Assembly: GCA_030141605.1 (NCBI GenBank)
Contig: JAQGDQ010002390.1
Span: 62,001-126,000 of the forward strand
Length of the DNA stretch: 64,000 nt
Reading direction: 5' to 3'
Source of the DNA: Tubiluchus corallicola
Lineage: Eukaryota > Animalia > Priapulida
Of the stretch, positions 30,280-40,101 are shown piece by piece. Numbering within the stretch: the stretch's first letter is position 1; the number at the start of each line of letters is the position of its first letter. Below the pieces are notes generated by a model that was not told the origin of the DNA, searched no databases, and saw only the letters and a list, made by a program, of their open reading frames with translations. A program made the translations under genes and the position numbers.

Positions 30280-31332
30280 ATGAGTATAAAGCAAGCCTCA
30301 CAAATAAAGCAACAGATTACAGAAATTATCTTACAGAACGGCTTTGACTGCGTGGGATTCTGCACCCCGTCAATCCCAATAGCCGACCAAAAAAACCTCG
30401 CCGATTATCTCGCTGAAAATATGCACGGGGATATGCTCTGGATGAAAGAACGATACCTTCAGCGTATTCATCCCCCTTTGCTCCTTCCTTCCGTAAAAAC
30501 CGCCATTATCGTTGGCAGCCAGTATACCCCCTCAAAATCCATGCTAAAACCTCTTCCGGAAACACGCGGATATATCAGCGTCTACGCCAGAGCACGCCAA
30601 GACTACCATAAACGAATGAAAAAAAATCTTAAAAAAATAAGCGCCTCTATCGCGCATTATTGCCAGGATCCTCCTCGGTTTTTCGTTGATACAGCTCCCA
30701 TCATGGAAAAAATACTCGCCGCGAAAACAACTATCGGATGGCAGGGAAAACATACGGCTATTGTCTCAAAAACGTTCGGATCCTGGCTTTTTCTTGGCGT
30801 GATCCTGCTTCCGCTAGCGCTCCCGATTGACCCTCCCCATAAAATATTCTGCGGAACTTGCCAACGCTGCCAGAGCGCCTGCCCTACAAACGCCCTCTCA
30901 CAAGGAAAACTCAACGTAAAAAATTGCATCGCCTACCTGACAATAGAACATAAAGGCACTATCCCTCACACTCTTCAGGATAAAATGGAAAATAAAATCT
31001 TCGGCTGCGACGCCTGCCTGAGCGCCTGCCCCTGGAATAAATTTACCCAAAGCAACCTGAAAGAAAACGCCGCCCCACGAGCAGAACTCGCAGCCCCCTC
31101 CTTAGAAACACTCGCCTCTCTCTCCCCAGAAGAATTCAATACACTCTTTTCAGGAACCCCCATAAAACGAACAGGACATGAACGATTCTTGCGTAACATA
31201 ACAATCGCTCTAGGAAATCTATCCCCCAAAGCGCTATATCACCAAAAAACACGCCTAGAAAAACTAACAAAGCACCCGTTTCAACCAATCGCACGCGCCG
31301 CTATCCATAGCCTAAAAAAAATACAGCTCTGA
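30280..31332 (+). CDS. queG: tRNA epoxyqueuosine(34) reductase
   Basis: HGDMLWM, ISVYA..DYH, FVDTAPIMEK, GWQGKH, GSWLFLG, CGTCQRCQSACPT, CIAYLTIEH, IFGCDACLSACPWN; start set at ATG 30280. Confidence 0.95.
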   Translation: MSIKQASQIKQQITEIILQNGFDCVGFCTPSIPIADQKNLADYLAENMHGDMLWMKERYLQRIHPPLLLPSVKTAIIVGSQYTPSKSMLKPLPETRGYISVYARARQDYHKRMKKNLKKISASIAHYCQDPPRFFVDTAPIMEKILAAKTTIGWQGKHTAIVSKTFGSWLFLGVILLPLALPIDPPHKIFCGTCQRCQSACPTNALSQGKLNVKNCIAYLTIEHKGTIPHTLQDKMENKIFGCDACLSACPWNKFTQSNLKENAAPRAELAAPSLETLASLSPEEFNTLFSGTPIKRTGHERFLRNITIALGNLSPKALYHQKTRLEKLTKHPFQPIARAAIHSLKKIQL

Positions 31333-31340
31333 ACAATAGC

Positions 31341-31508
31341 TTACTCGGAACGTAACGCCTCGCGTTTACGACGCTGCTGCACCCTCTTTTTCAAATTCTC
31401 CCGCAACGCCTTCGCCTGACGAGCATACCGATCCGACTTCGCCGATGAGCCATCGCTCGTTTTCCTTCTTGGCTTTTCCCTGCCATCCTCATTTACTTTG
31501 CTGCCCAT
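31341..31508 (-). CDS. Small basic conserved hypothetical protein (55 aa)
   Basis: R.A.ALRENLK.R..Q.R motif that I recognise from small alphaproteobacterial ORFs next to murA; RBS AAGGAAG before ATG 31508. Confidence 0.7.
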   Translation of the reverse strand: MGSKVNEDGREKPRRKTSDGSSAKSDRYARQAKALRENLKKRVQQRRKREALRSE

Positions 31509-31652
31509 ACCATCTTCCTTTTCAAAGCATAAAACCAATCTCTCGACACGACTCTCTTTCCTTCAATACCCTTTCTAAATTTCATAAAGAGAATATTTGA
31601 CAAATTTCCGTTTTTCCTCCATACAAAATACAATAACGCATTTCTATGCATA

Positions 31653-33002
31653 ATGGAGAAAAAAACAATGGATAAAATAAAAATCAGAGGCCGCCAGGCA
31701 CTCCACGGCCATATTAAAATCAGCGGCGCAAAAAATGCCGCCTTGCCTCTGATGGCCGCCGCTCTTCTTTCTCCAGAACCCATTACACTTTATAACCTCC
31801 CCAAACTAGCTGACATTCTTTCCATGAAACGCCTGCTGGAGAATCTCGGTGCTTCCATCACTCTCAAAAAAACACGTGACCCCCTCTACACGGGCGCCTC
31901 TGACCATTTTTGCACTATCAATACAAACAATATCCATAACCTGACCGCCTCTTATGAAGATGTGCGGAAAATGAGAGCTTCTATTCTTATACTCGGCCCC
32001 CTTCTCGCGCGCTATGGAAAAGCAGCCGTCTCACTTCCCGGCGGATGCGCTATCGGAAGCAGACCCGTCAATTTGCATCTTAGAGCTTTTGAACAGCTCG
32101 GCGCCACCGTTGATATCCATGAGGGATATATCGAGGCGACCGCTCCCGCCGGCCTTAAAGGAGCCCATATTCTCTTCCCTACCGTCACAGTCGGAGGGAC
32201 TGAAAATATCCTCATGGCAGCCTCCCTCGCAAAAGGAAAAACAATAATCGCTAACGCCGCACGAGAACCCGAAATCTCTGACCTAGCACACTTCCTCAAT
32301 AAAATGGGCGCTAAAATCACCGGCATCGGAACAGATACACTGACCGTCGAAGGCGTCTCTTCACTCTCCAAAGCAACACACCATGTCATCGCAGACCGCA
32401 TAGAAGCCGGGACATACGCTATCGCCGCCGCCATCACAAACGGGGAAATACGATTAAACAATATCCCTCCCTCTATCATGACAAGCGTTATTCGCTCTCT
32501 TCGACAAGCCGGCGTAACAGTCGAGCATAACAATACCGATGCCCTGTGGGTAAAAAGCGATAACGAAAAACCCCATAGCGTCGATATTATGACAGAGCCC
32601 TACCCCGGATTTCCAACCGATATGCAAGCCCAATGGATGGCCCTAATGTCCATTGCAGACGGAGCCTCCATGATTACAGAAAGTATTTTCGAAAACAGAT
32701 TCATGCATGTACCAGAACTCCTACGCATGAAAGCCAATATCAAAGTACAGGGTCGTTCCGCTATTATACGAGGGGTCCCTTCACTCTCCGGAGCCCACGT
32801 CATGGCAACAGACCTACGCGCGTCCGTCTGCCTGATACTCGCTGCCCTAGCCGCTGAAGGAGAAACATGGCTCCATCGCGTTTACCACCTGGACCGCGGC
32901 TATGAAGCCTTCGAGCGAAAACTCTCTAACTGCGGCGCCCATATTATACGCGTTTCCTATACTTCCTCACCAGACAGCATACCACTTGCCCGTAATCCAT
33001 AA
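31653..33002 (+). CDS. murA: UDP-N-acetylglucosamine 1-carboxyvinyltransferase
   Basis: SGAKNAALP, KMRAS, SLPGGCAIGSRP (Cys present), AAREPEI, PGFPTDMQAQ, FENRFMH, ATDLRA, YHLDRGY. Confidence 0.98.
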   Translation: MEKKTMDKIKIRGRQALHGHIKISGAKNAALPLMAAALLSPEPITLYNLPKLADILSMKRLLENLGASITLKKTRDPLYTGASDHFCTINTNNIHNLTASYEDVRKMRASILILGPLLARYGKAAVSLPGGCAIGSRPVNLHLRAFEQLGATVDIHEGYIEATAPAGLKGAHILFPTVTVGGTENILMAASLAKGKTIIANAAREPEISDLAHFLNKMGAKITGIGTDTLTVEGVSSLSKATHHVIADRIEAGTYAIAAAITNGEIRLNNIPPSIMTSVIRSLRQAGVTVEHNNTDALWVKSDNEKPHSVDIMTEPYPGFPTDMQAQWMALMSIADGASMITESIFENRFMHVPELLRMKANIKVQGRSAIIRGVPSLSGAHVMATDLRASVCLILAALAAEGETWLHRVYHLDRGYEAFERKLSNCGAHIIRVSYTSSPDSIPLARNP

Positions 33003-33022
33003 AATAAAATCCGCCCATAAAA

Positions 33023-34051
33023 ATGAAAATATTATCCCACTTCTCCCAAATTACAGATTCTCTCAAAGGAGCCGTCGTCGCCCTTGGAAACTTTGATGGC
33101 GTTCACCTCGGCCATAAAGCCGTTATCGTAAAGGCCGGATCTATCGCTCGAGAAAATAAAAAAACATGGGGCGTCATCACTTTAGAACCCCACCCCAGAC
33201 AAATCTTTAAACCGGACATCCCCCCCTTTCGCATAACACCCCTCCCTGTCAAGCAGAAACTCGTCGCCTCCCTAGGCGTCGACTGGATGCTCACCCTCCC
33301 TTTTGATCGCCGCCTCTCCCGCCTCAGCGCGCAAGATTTCATCCAGGAAATTCTTATCGATCACTTAAATGTCTTCGGCGTTGTCTCCGGCTTCGATTAC
33401 CGATTCGGATATGGGCGAAGAGGCGGAATCGATATGCTGAAAGAAGCCTCAGAAAAATTCAACTTTTCTTTCCATTCCCTCCAACCCCAAAAAGGAAAAA
33501 AAGGAACCTACTACGCCGCAAGTCTCGCGCGCTCCCACCTCGAAAAAGGAGACATAACCGCAACAGAGGAAATCCTCGGACACCCCTTTGAAATAGAAGG
33601 TATCGTCATACACGGACAGCATCTCGGCCGTAAACTCGGCTTCCCAACCGCTAATATAGCCCCTCATGATTACCAAATTCCAAAAAAAGGCGTCTATACA
33701 GCAAGAGTCGCCATCACTGAAAATACAACAGAAACAAACTTCCCATGGTATAACGCCGTGGCAAATATCGGATGCCGACCAACAATCAATGGCGATCGCC
33801 AAAATATTCTTGAAGTGCATCTGCTCGGGTTTAACGGAAACCTATATGAAAAACATCTCAGAGTGGCCTTTATAGACTTTATTCGACCAGAAAAAAAATT
33901 CAACACCCTTCCCGACCTCGCGAAACATATCTATCTCGATACACAAACAGCCGAAAATAATTTCAAAATAATTCCCCCATGGAACGGCGACAGCCACTTT
34001 TTACAGTTTTTTAAAGTTCCCTCTTGTTTGAAAAGCGGAAAAACAATATGA
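33023..34051 (+). CDS. ribF: Bifunctional riboflavin kinase/FAD synthetase
   Basis: LGNFDGVHLGH, EPHP, GFDYRFG, GRKLGFPTAN, GVY, NIGCRPT, EVHL, IRPEKKF. Confidence 0.97.
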   Translation: MKILSHFSQITDSLKGAVVALGNFDGVHLGHKAVIVKAGSIARENKKTWGVITLEPHPRQIFKPDIPPFRITPLPVKQKLVASLGVDWMLTLPFDRRLSRLSAQDFIQEILIDHLNVFGVVSGFDYRFGYGRRGGIDMLKEASEKFNFSFHSLQPQKGKKGTYYAASLARSHLEKGDITATEEILGHPFEIEGIVIHGQHLGRKLGFPTANIAPHDYQIPKKGVYTARVAITENTTETNFPWYNAVANIGCRPTINGDRQNILEVHLLGFNGNLYEKHLRVAFIDFIRPEKKFNTLPDLAKHIYLDTQTAENNFKIIPPWNGDSHFLQFFKVPSCLKSGKTI

Positions 34052-34105
34052 TAACATCCATACACGCTCTTGTATCTTACCGCGGAAACAGTAAGATCCA
34101 AGCGC
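34024..34105 (+). promoter_or_regulatory. Putative internal promoter and structured 5' leader of ileS
   Basis: TTGTTT-N17-TATGAT (34024-34052) followed by the hairpin GCTCTTGTATCTTAC/GTAAGATCCAAGCGC (34066-34105). Confidence 0.45.
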
Positions 34106-34139
34106 CTATTTCCAAAAACTCACCCTAATAATTGAAAGC

Positions 34140-36968
34140 ATGCGTAAAACAGGATTGAAAATTATGGATTACAAAAAAACCGTATTTTTACCCCAAACAC
34201 CCTTCCCTATGCGGGCGGGCCTCCCTAAACGAGAAGCAGAACGTCTGCAACAATGGGAAAATGAAAAACTTCACGAGAAAATACGCGCGACATCCCAAGG
34301 AAAAAAACAGTATATCCTCCACGATGGCCCCCCTTACGCCAATGGACATCTCCATACCGGCCATGCTCTCAATAAAATCCTGAAAGATATTGTTGTCCGT
34401 ACAGCACAAATGTCCGGATACGACTCCCCTTATGTCCCCGGATGGGACTGCCACGGCCTGCCTATCGAATGGAAAATAGAAGAGCAATACAGAAAAAAAG
34501 GCAAAAATAAAGACGACGTGCCCCCACTGGAATTCCGACAGGAATGTAGAGAGTTCGCCGCACACTGGATTGAAATCCAAAAAGAAGAATTCCAACGCAT
34601 GGGAATTACAGGAGATTGGAAAAATCCATACACAACAATGGCATACGACGCTGAAGCGACAATCGTTAAAGAACTTGGAAAATTTCTTGAGAACGGACTC
34701 CTCTATAGAGGAGAAAAACCCGTCATGTGGTCCGTCGTTGAAAAAACAGCCCTAGCAGAAGCCGAAGTCGAATATAAAGATCATACTTCCGACACAATCT
34801 ATGTTCGCTTCCCCATCGTAAAAGCCCCCCTGCCCATCTTGGAAAACGCAAGCATTGTCATATGGACAACAACACCCTGGACAATGCCCGGAAACCGCGC
34901 GCTCGCCTTTGGACCCGACTTAACCTACTTGCTTTTAGAAGTGCTGGAAACAGAAGAAAACAGCTTGGCAAACATCAGTGAAAAAATTATCCTCCTTAAA
35001 GAAAGAGCCGATATCACTACACAAGAAATGGGAATTACCCATACAAAAACTCTCGCGGAGCTAAACGGGCTTGACGATATCGTCTGTCACCATCCCCTTC
35101 ATCATAAAGGCTATGGTTTTGACGTCCCTGTCCTTCCCGCACACTTTGTAACAACCGATACAGGAACAGGTATCGTCCATATAGCTCCCTGCCACGGTCA
35201 GGACGACTGGATGCTCGGAACACAACATGGCCTTGAAATTAAACAACCCATTAATGACTCGGGACTCTTTTTCGATTTTGTCCCCCTGTTCGCAAACCAG
35301 CATGTCTATAAAGTCAACCCCCTTGTGATCGAAGCTTTAAAAAATGAAAATACCCTGCTAAGCCACGGAAAAATTATCCATAGCTATCCTCACTCCTGGC
35401 GCTCCAAAGCCCCCCTGATCTTTCGTACAACACCACAATGGTTTATCCGTATGGATGATCCTACCCTTTCTCTGCGGGAAAAAGCCCTCAGCGCAATTGA
35501 GAAAACAGATTTTAAACCCGCCAACGCAAAAAATAGACTCCATAATATGCTGGAGGAAAGACCCGACTGGTGCATCTCACGCCAGAGAAGCTGGGGCGTG
35601 CCTATCACCCTCCTGATCCATAAAAAAACCGGACTCCCCCTTAAAGACCCTAAGGTCTTTGAGCGGATTGTCGACGCTGTAAGACAAGAAGGATGTGACG
35701 CTTGGTTTACTTCCGACATAGAGCGATTCCTCTCCTCGGATTACAACCCTCAGGACTATGAAAAAGTAACCGATACACTCGATGTATGGTTCGACTCCGG
35801 AACAACACACGCATTCACACTGGAAAACCGGCCAGAACTCTCCTGGCCCGCCGATATCTATCTTGAAGGATCCGATCAACATCGCGGATGGTTCCAGTCT
35901 TCCCTCCTAGAATCCTGCGGAACTCGAAACCACGCACCCTATAAAAAAATCCTGACACACGGATTTACACTGGACGGCAATGGGCAGAAAATGTCCAAAT
36001 CCCTCGGTAATACACTCTCGCCACAAGAAACCATCAAACAATATGGCGCCGATATCCTCAGACTATGGGTCGCCGGATCCGACTATTTCGAAGATGTCCG
36101 AATCAGCCAAGATATCCTAAAACATCACGCCGATATCTATAGACGACTTCGAAATACACTCCGCTATATGCTTGGAAGCCTCCATAACTTCAAAGAAGAA
36201 GAGACAATCGATTACGATTCCATGCCCGAACTTGAAAAATGGGTGTTTCATCGCCTGTGGGAAATCGACAAAAAAATCAAATCCACATTCGAAAATACAC
36301 TGGAATATCACACCCTCTTTAATGAGCTCCATAATTTCTGCGCCTCGGATCTGTCCGCCTTTTACTTTGATATCCGAAAAGACTCCCTCTATTGCGACCA
36401 TCCGGAAACACAAAAACGACGCGCCTGCAGAACCCTCATGAATACCCTCTTCCAATGTTTGACAAAATGGCTCGCGCCTTTCATCTGCTTTACAGCCGAC
36501 GAGGCCTGGAGAACCCGCTATCCGCAAGCCGACAGCGTCCATACGCAGCTCTTTCCCACTATCTCCCCACAATGGGAAAACCAAGCGTTAGAAAAAAAAT
36601 GGAGAAAAATACGCCAGCTGCGCCGCGTCGTCACAGGCGCCCTTGAGCTAGAGCGCGCCGAAAAAAGAATCGGCTCCAGCCTCGCGGCTGCCCCAGAAGT
36701 CTATGCCACCTCCCAAGAGGACGCAAACCTGCTAAATGAAGTCAACTTCGCAGAACTGGCAATCACATCGGATATCACAATCATTCAAAAAACGCCCCCC
36801 GCAACATCTTTTCAGCTCCCTGACATTCCGGGGGTCGGCGTTAATCCCACTATCGCGCAAGGAGAAAAATGCGAACGTTGCTGGAAAATCTATACAGAAA
36901 CCTCAGAAACACACCATCCAAACCTCTGCCCAAGATGCGTGAAAACACTAGAAAAAATGCCTATATAA
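34140..36968 (+). CDS. ileS: Isoleucine--tRNA ligase (type 1)
   Basis: LHDGPPYANG.LHTGH, GWDCHGLPIE, WTTTPWT, DWCISRQR.WG, EGSDQHRGWF, KMSKS, C-terminal CERCW..CPRC zinc finger; start may be 34164. Confidence 0.99.
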   Translation: MRKTGLKIMDYKKTVFLPQTPFPMRAGLPKREAERLQQWENEKLHEKIRATSQGKKQYILHDGPPYANGHLHTGHALNKILKDIVVRTAQMSGYDSPYVPGWDCHGLPIEWKIEEQYRKKGKNKDDVPPLEFRQECREFAAHWIEIQKEEFQRMGITGDWKNPYTTMAYDAEATIVKELGKFLENGLLYRGEKPVMWSVVEKTALAEAEVEYKDHTSDTIYVRFPIVKAPLPILENASIVIWTTTPWTMPGNRALAFGPDLTYLLLEVLETEENSLANISEKIILLKERADITTQEMGITHTKTLAELNGLDDIVCHHPLHHKGYGFDVPVLPAHFVTTDTGTGIVHIAPCHGQDDWMLGTQHGLEIKQPINDSGLFFDFVPLFANQHVYKVNPLVIEALKNENTLLSHGKIIHSYPHSWRSKAPLIFRTTPQWFIRMDDPTLSLREKALSAIEKTDFKPANAKNRLHNMLEERPDWCISRQRSWGVPITLLIHKKTGLPLKDPKVFERIVDAVRQEGCDAWFTSDIERFLSSDYNPQDYEKVTDTLDVWFDSGTTHAFTLENRPELSWPADIYLEGSDQHRGWFQSSLLESCGTRNHAPYKKILTHGFTLDGNGQKMSKSLGNTLSPQETIKQYGADILRLWVAGSDYFEDVRISQDILKHHADIYRRLRNTLRYMLGSLHNFKEEETIDYDSMPELEKWVFHRLWEIDKKIKSTFENTLEYHTLFNELHNFCASDLSAFYFDIRKDSLYCDHPETQKRRACRTLMNTLFQCLTKWLAPFICFTADEAWRTRYPQADSVHTQLFPTISPQWENQALEKKWRKIRQLRRVVTGALELERAEKRIGSSLAAAPEVYATSQEDANLLNEVNFAELAITSDITIIQKTPPATSFQLPDIPGVGVNPTIAQGEKCERCWKIYTETSETHHPNLCPRCVKTLEKMPI

Positions 36969-36990
36969 AATCCTCGCCCGCTAAAAGACC

Positions 36991-37500
36991 ATGACAAAGT
37001 CAACACAAAAATCACAAGATAGCACGCCCATTCCAGAAAAAATACGCTTTCTGGAAATCAGTATTATCTGCGGAATCGCCACGCTAGACCTGATAACAAA
37101 GTTTCTGGTCCTAGACCTTATGAAGCAAGCACCATACCACTATACGATTACCTCCTTTTTCAATATCGTCCTTGTTAAAAATACAGGAATCAGCTTTGGA
37201 ATATTTCGCGGAGAAAGCGCCTTTAACACGATTATATTGCCAATCCTAACAGGGTTGCTTATTATATGGCTATTACGATGGTTATATAAATCACCCGCTC
37301 CTGTCGAGCGAATTGCCCTATGCCTGATTATCGGAGGCGCTATCGGAAATACCCTCGATCGCACCTTACAGGGAAGCGTAACAGATTTTCTCGACTTCCA
37401 TCTCAATAACTGGCACTGGCCCAGCTTTAATATCGCCGATGTCGCTATTGTCGCAGGGACCGCTTTAATGCTATTATATCTATCATATACTCGACAGTAA
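36991..37500 (+). CDS. lspA: Lipoprotein signal peptidase II
   Basis: D.ITK, NTGISFG, GGAIGNTLDR, VTDFLDF, WPSFNIAD. Confidence 0.97.
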   Translation: MTKSTQKSQDSTPIPEKIRFLEISIICGIATLDLITKFLVLDLMKQAPYHYTITSFFNIVLVKNTGISFGIFRGESAFNTIILPILTGLLIIWLLRWLYKSPAPVERIALCLIIGGAIGNTLDRTLQGSVTDFLDFHLNNWHWPSFNIADVAIVAGTALMLLYLSYTRQ

Positions 37501-37550
37501 ACATAAAACAACACACTCTCAATAACCCTACAAAAAAGGGTCACTCGCCC

Positions 37551-38021
37551 ATGAAACGAACATACATTACCACCACACTCACAAGCCTGGTAGCGCTCTT
37601 TATGCTCACAGGATGCGAATCAAACACAATCGGTCCCGACGAATTCGCCGTATATAGTAGAGAAAAACTGGAAGTTCCAGAAAATTACCACCTTCAACCC
37701 CCTACCCCCGGCGCAAAACCCAAAAATTTCTCCGAGCCGGCAACACTCGCTTACGAAACGCTCCTACAAACAAAGCCAAACGAGATCGAGTTTACCTCCC
37801 TAACCTCAGGAGAATTTTTCTTTATGCAAAAGGCGAAAACACCTAAAAGAATCCCCGAAGACCTCCGGAGTGCCATTGATATTGAAAATCAAGAGCTAAA
37901 AGAAAAAAATACCTACCTGATTACTTTTTTTATGGAAGACTTCGGAAAAGCCCTCAACCCCCACGAAGAACAGGAAAGACTGAAAAATCTCGGCTTGCCC
38001 GTTCTATTTAGCCAACCCTGA
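37551..38021 (+). CDS. DUF3035-like lipoprotein
   Basis: Lipobox LTGC then PDEF.V..R..L.VP..Y.L.PP.PG; located after lspA. Confidence 0.8.
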   Translation: MKRTYITTTLTSLVALFMLTGCESNTIGPDEFAVYSREKLEVPENYHLQPPTPGAKPKNFSEPATLAYETLLQTKPNEIEFTSLTSGEFFFMQKAKTPKRIPEDLRSAIDIENQELKEKNTYLITFFMEDFGKALNPHEEQERLKNLGLPVLFSQP

Positions 38022-38048
38022 AACATATAATCACATAGCGAAAAAATC

Positions 38049-38681
38049 ATGATAAAAGCCATCCTGTGGGATATCGATGGAACATTGCTGCTTAGCGAAC
38101 CGCTCCATTTTGAATCGATTAAACATGTCGCCAACACCCTCTGCGGTATCGACATCGAACCAGAATACCACGAGCGATTACTTGGAAAAACCATCGATGA
38201 AACTTTCCAGCTTCTCCACAAAGAAAAAAATATCCCCCTCACAAAATTAGAGTGGGTAAAACATAAATATCACTATTATATAACACACAGCCATACAATC
38301 CCTCCAAGAGATGACGCTCTGGAAACCTGGGAAAAACTGGACTCAATGGGAATCAAACAAGCGCTGGTGTCAAACTCCGACAGAGTCGTTGTTACAGCCA
38401 ATATAGCGGCCATGAAATTAATACAGCCTAAACTTGTCAGCGTCACACGAAATGACGTCCTTAACGGAAAACCCGACGCAGAACCCTATTTAAGAGCAAG
38501 CTTTCTGCTGGGAATCCCTCCTGAGGAATGCTGCGTTATCGAAGATAGCCCCATCGGCGCCCAAGCAGGCATCGCCGCCGGTATGAAAACATTCGGATGG
38601 CCAGAAGACAAAACACTGACATTTCCAAAATCCGTTACAGTCATTCAGTATATCTCTGAAATTTTTGACTATATTCAGTAA
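38049..38681 (+). CDS. HAD-family phosphatase
   Basis: WDIDGTLL, VSNS, GKPDAEPY, VIEDSPIG..AG..AGM. Confidence 0.93.
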   Translation: MIKAILWDIDGTLLLSEPLHFESIKHVANTLCGIDIEPEYHERLLGKTIDETFQLLHKEKNIPLTKLEWVKHKYHYYITHSHTIPPRDDALETWEKLDSMGIKQALVSNSDRVVVTANIAAMKLIQPKLVSVTRNDVLNGKPDAEPYLRASFLLGIPPEECCVIEDSPIGAQAGIAAGMKTFGWPEDKTLTFPKSVTVIQYISEIFDYIQ

Positions 38682-38773
38682 ACTCTATATGCTAATGCTT
38701 TGGAAAAAGACAAACCCTGCCTTTACGCAGAAAACATAACTCATTACAAAACCACAAACAAAAGAGGCTACTT

Positions 38774-39964
38774 ATGGATAATTTTACTTTTCAAAATCCT
38801 GTAAAAATTATTTTCGGAAAAGGAGAGATCGCGTCTCTCTCTTCCGAGATTTCAACGAATGAAACAATCCTCCTAACCTATGGCGGCGGAAGTATTTTTA
38901 AAAACGGCGTCATGGATCAAACCCGCGCCGCCCTTAAAAATCACACAGTCATCGAATTTGGCGGCATCGAGCCAAACCCTCAATTTTCCACACTGATGAA
39001 AGCTGTGAAAATCGCCCAGGAAAAAAAATGCACCTTCCTTCTCGCGGTCGGCGGAGGCTCTGTCCTGGACGGAACAAAATTCATCGCAGCAGCAATCAAC
39101 GCCCAAGGAGATCCATGGGATATCGTCGTTAATCAAGCCCCTGTTAACAACCCTCTGCCTATCGGCGCTATCCTGACACTACCGGCAACAGGATCAGAAA
39201 TGAACGGAAATTCCGTCGTTTCACGCAAAGAAACAAACGATAAACGCGCCTTTAGCAACCCTTCTCTCTATCCTGCCTTTTCAATATTGGACCCCGAGAC
39301 AACCACTTCTCTCCCGCCAGTACAAACCGCAAACGGCATCGTCGACGCATTCGTCCATATTACAGAACAGTATCTTACCTATCCGCAAAACGCTCCCGTG
39401 CAGGATCGTATGGCGGAAGGACTCCTGAAAACACTTATCGAAGAAGGGCCGAAAGCCCTCCAAAACCCAAACGACTATACCGCTAGAGCCAACGTCATGT
39501 GGGCCGCGACAATGGCTCTTAATGGACTCCTTAGCCTAGGAGTGGTCACCGATTGGGCTTCCCATATGCTCGGCCATGAAATCACCGCCGAATACGGCCT
39601 TGACCACGGACAAACACTCGCTATCCTCCTGCCCGCCGTCATGCAAGCGCGAAAAGAACGGAAAAAAGACAAAATCCTACAATATGCCGAGCGCGTCTGG
39701 AATATTACAGAAGGGGACGAAAATACACGCATCAATACAGCTATCGCAAAAACAATAACCTTCTTTGAAAGCCTCAATATGCCAGCCTCCCTACAAGCGT
39801 ATAACCTTCCGGAAAATTGTATCGAGCAACTATGTGAACGAATCACGCAACGGAACATGAACGCCCTTGGGGAAAACGGGGAAATCACCCTGGACATCAG
39901 CCGGAAAATCTACCAAACCGCCTGGGAAAATAACGCCTGCCAAACTATCACAATGGCATCATAA
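38774..39964 (+). CDS. yqhD: Iron-containing (group III) NADPH-dependent aldehyde reductase, YqhD-like, copy 1
   Basis: YGGGSI, GIEPNP, AVGGGSVLDGTK, TLPATGSE, DAFVH, DWASHMLGHE, LDHGQTL. Confidence 0.93.
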   Translation: MDNFTFQNPVKIIFGKGEIASLSSEISTNETILLTYGGGSIFKNGVMDQTRAALKNHTVIEFGGIEPNPQFSTLMKAVKIAQEKKCTFLLAVGGGSVLDGTKFIAAAINAQGDPWDIVVNQAPVNNPLPIGAILTLPATGSEMNGNSVVSRKETNDKRAFSNPSLYPAFSILDPETTTSLPPVQTANGIVDAFVHITEQYLTYPQNAPVQDRMAEGLLKTLIEEGPKALQNPNDYTARANVMWAATMALNGLLSLGVVTDWASHMLGHEITAEYGLDHGQTLAILLPAVMQARKERKKDKILQYAERVWNITEGDENTRINTAIAKTITFFESLNMPASLQAYNLPENCIEQLCERITQRNMNALGENGEITLDISRKIYQTAWENNACQTITMAS

Positions 39965-39980
39965 AACAAACCTCTATGGA

Positions 39981-40020
39981 TAAATAGAGAGAAACAAAAT
40001 AACCGTTTTCTCTCTATTTT
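39981..40020 (+). terminator. Hairpin/terminator between the two yqhD copies
   Basis: AATAGAGAGAAA...TTTCTCTCTATT inverted repeat with a T-rich tail. Confidence 0.6.
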
Positions 40021-40101
40021 ATTTCTCTGAAAATAATAAAAATTATACGCCATCATAATGGCCATAAAATAACCACTTAATTGATAACATGGAGAAAAAT
40101 T

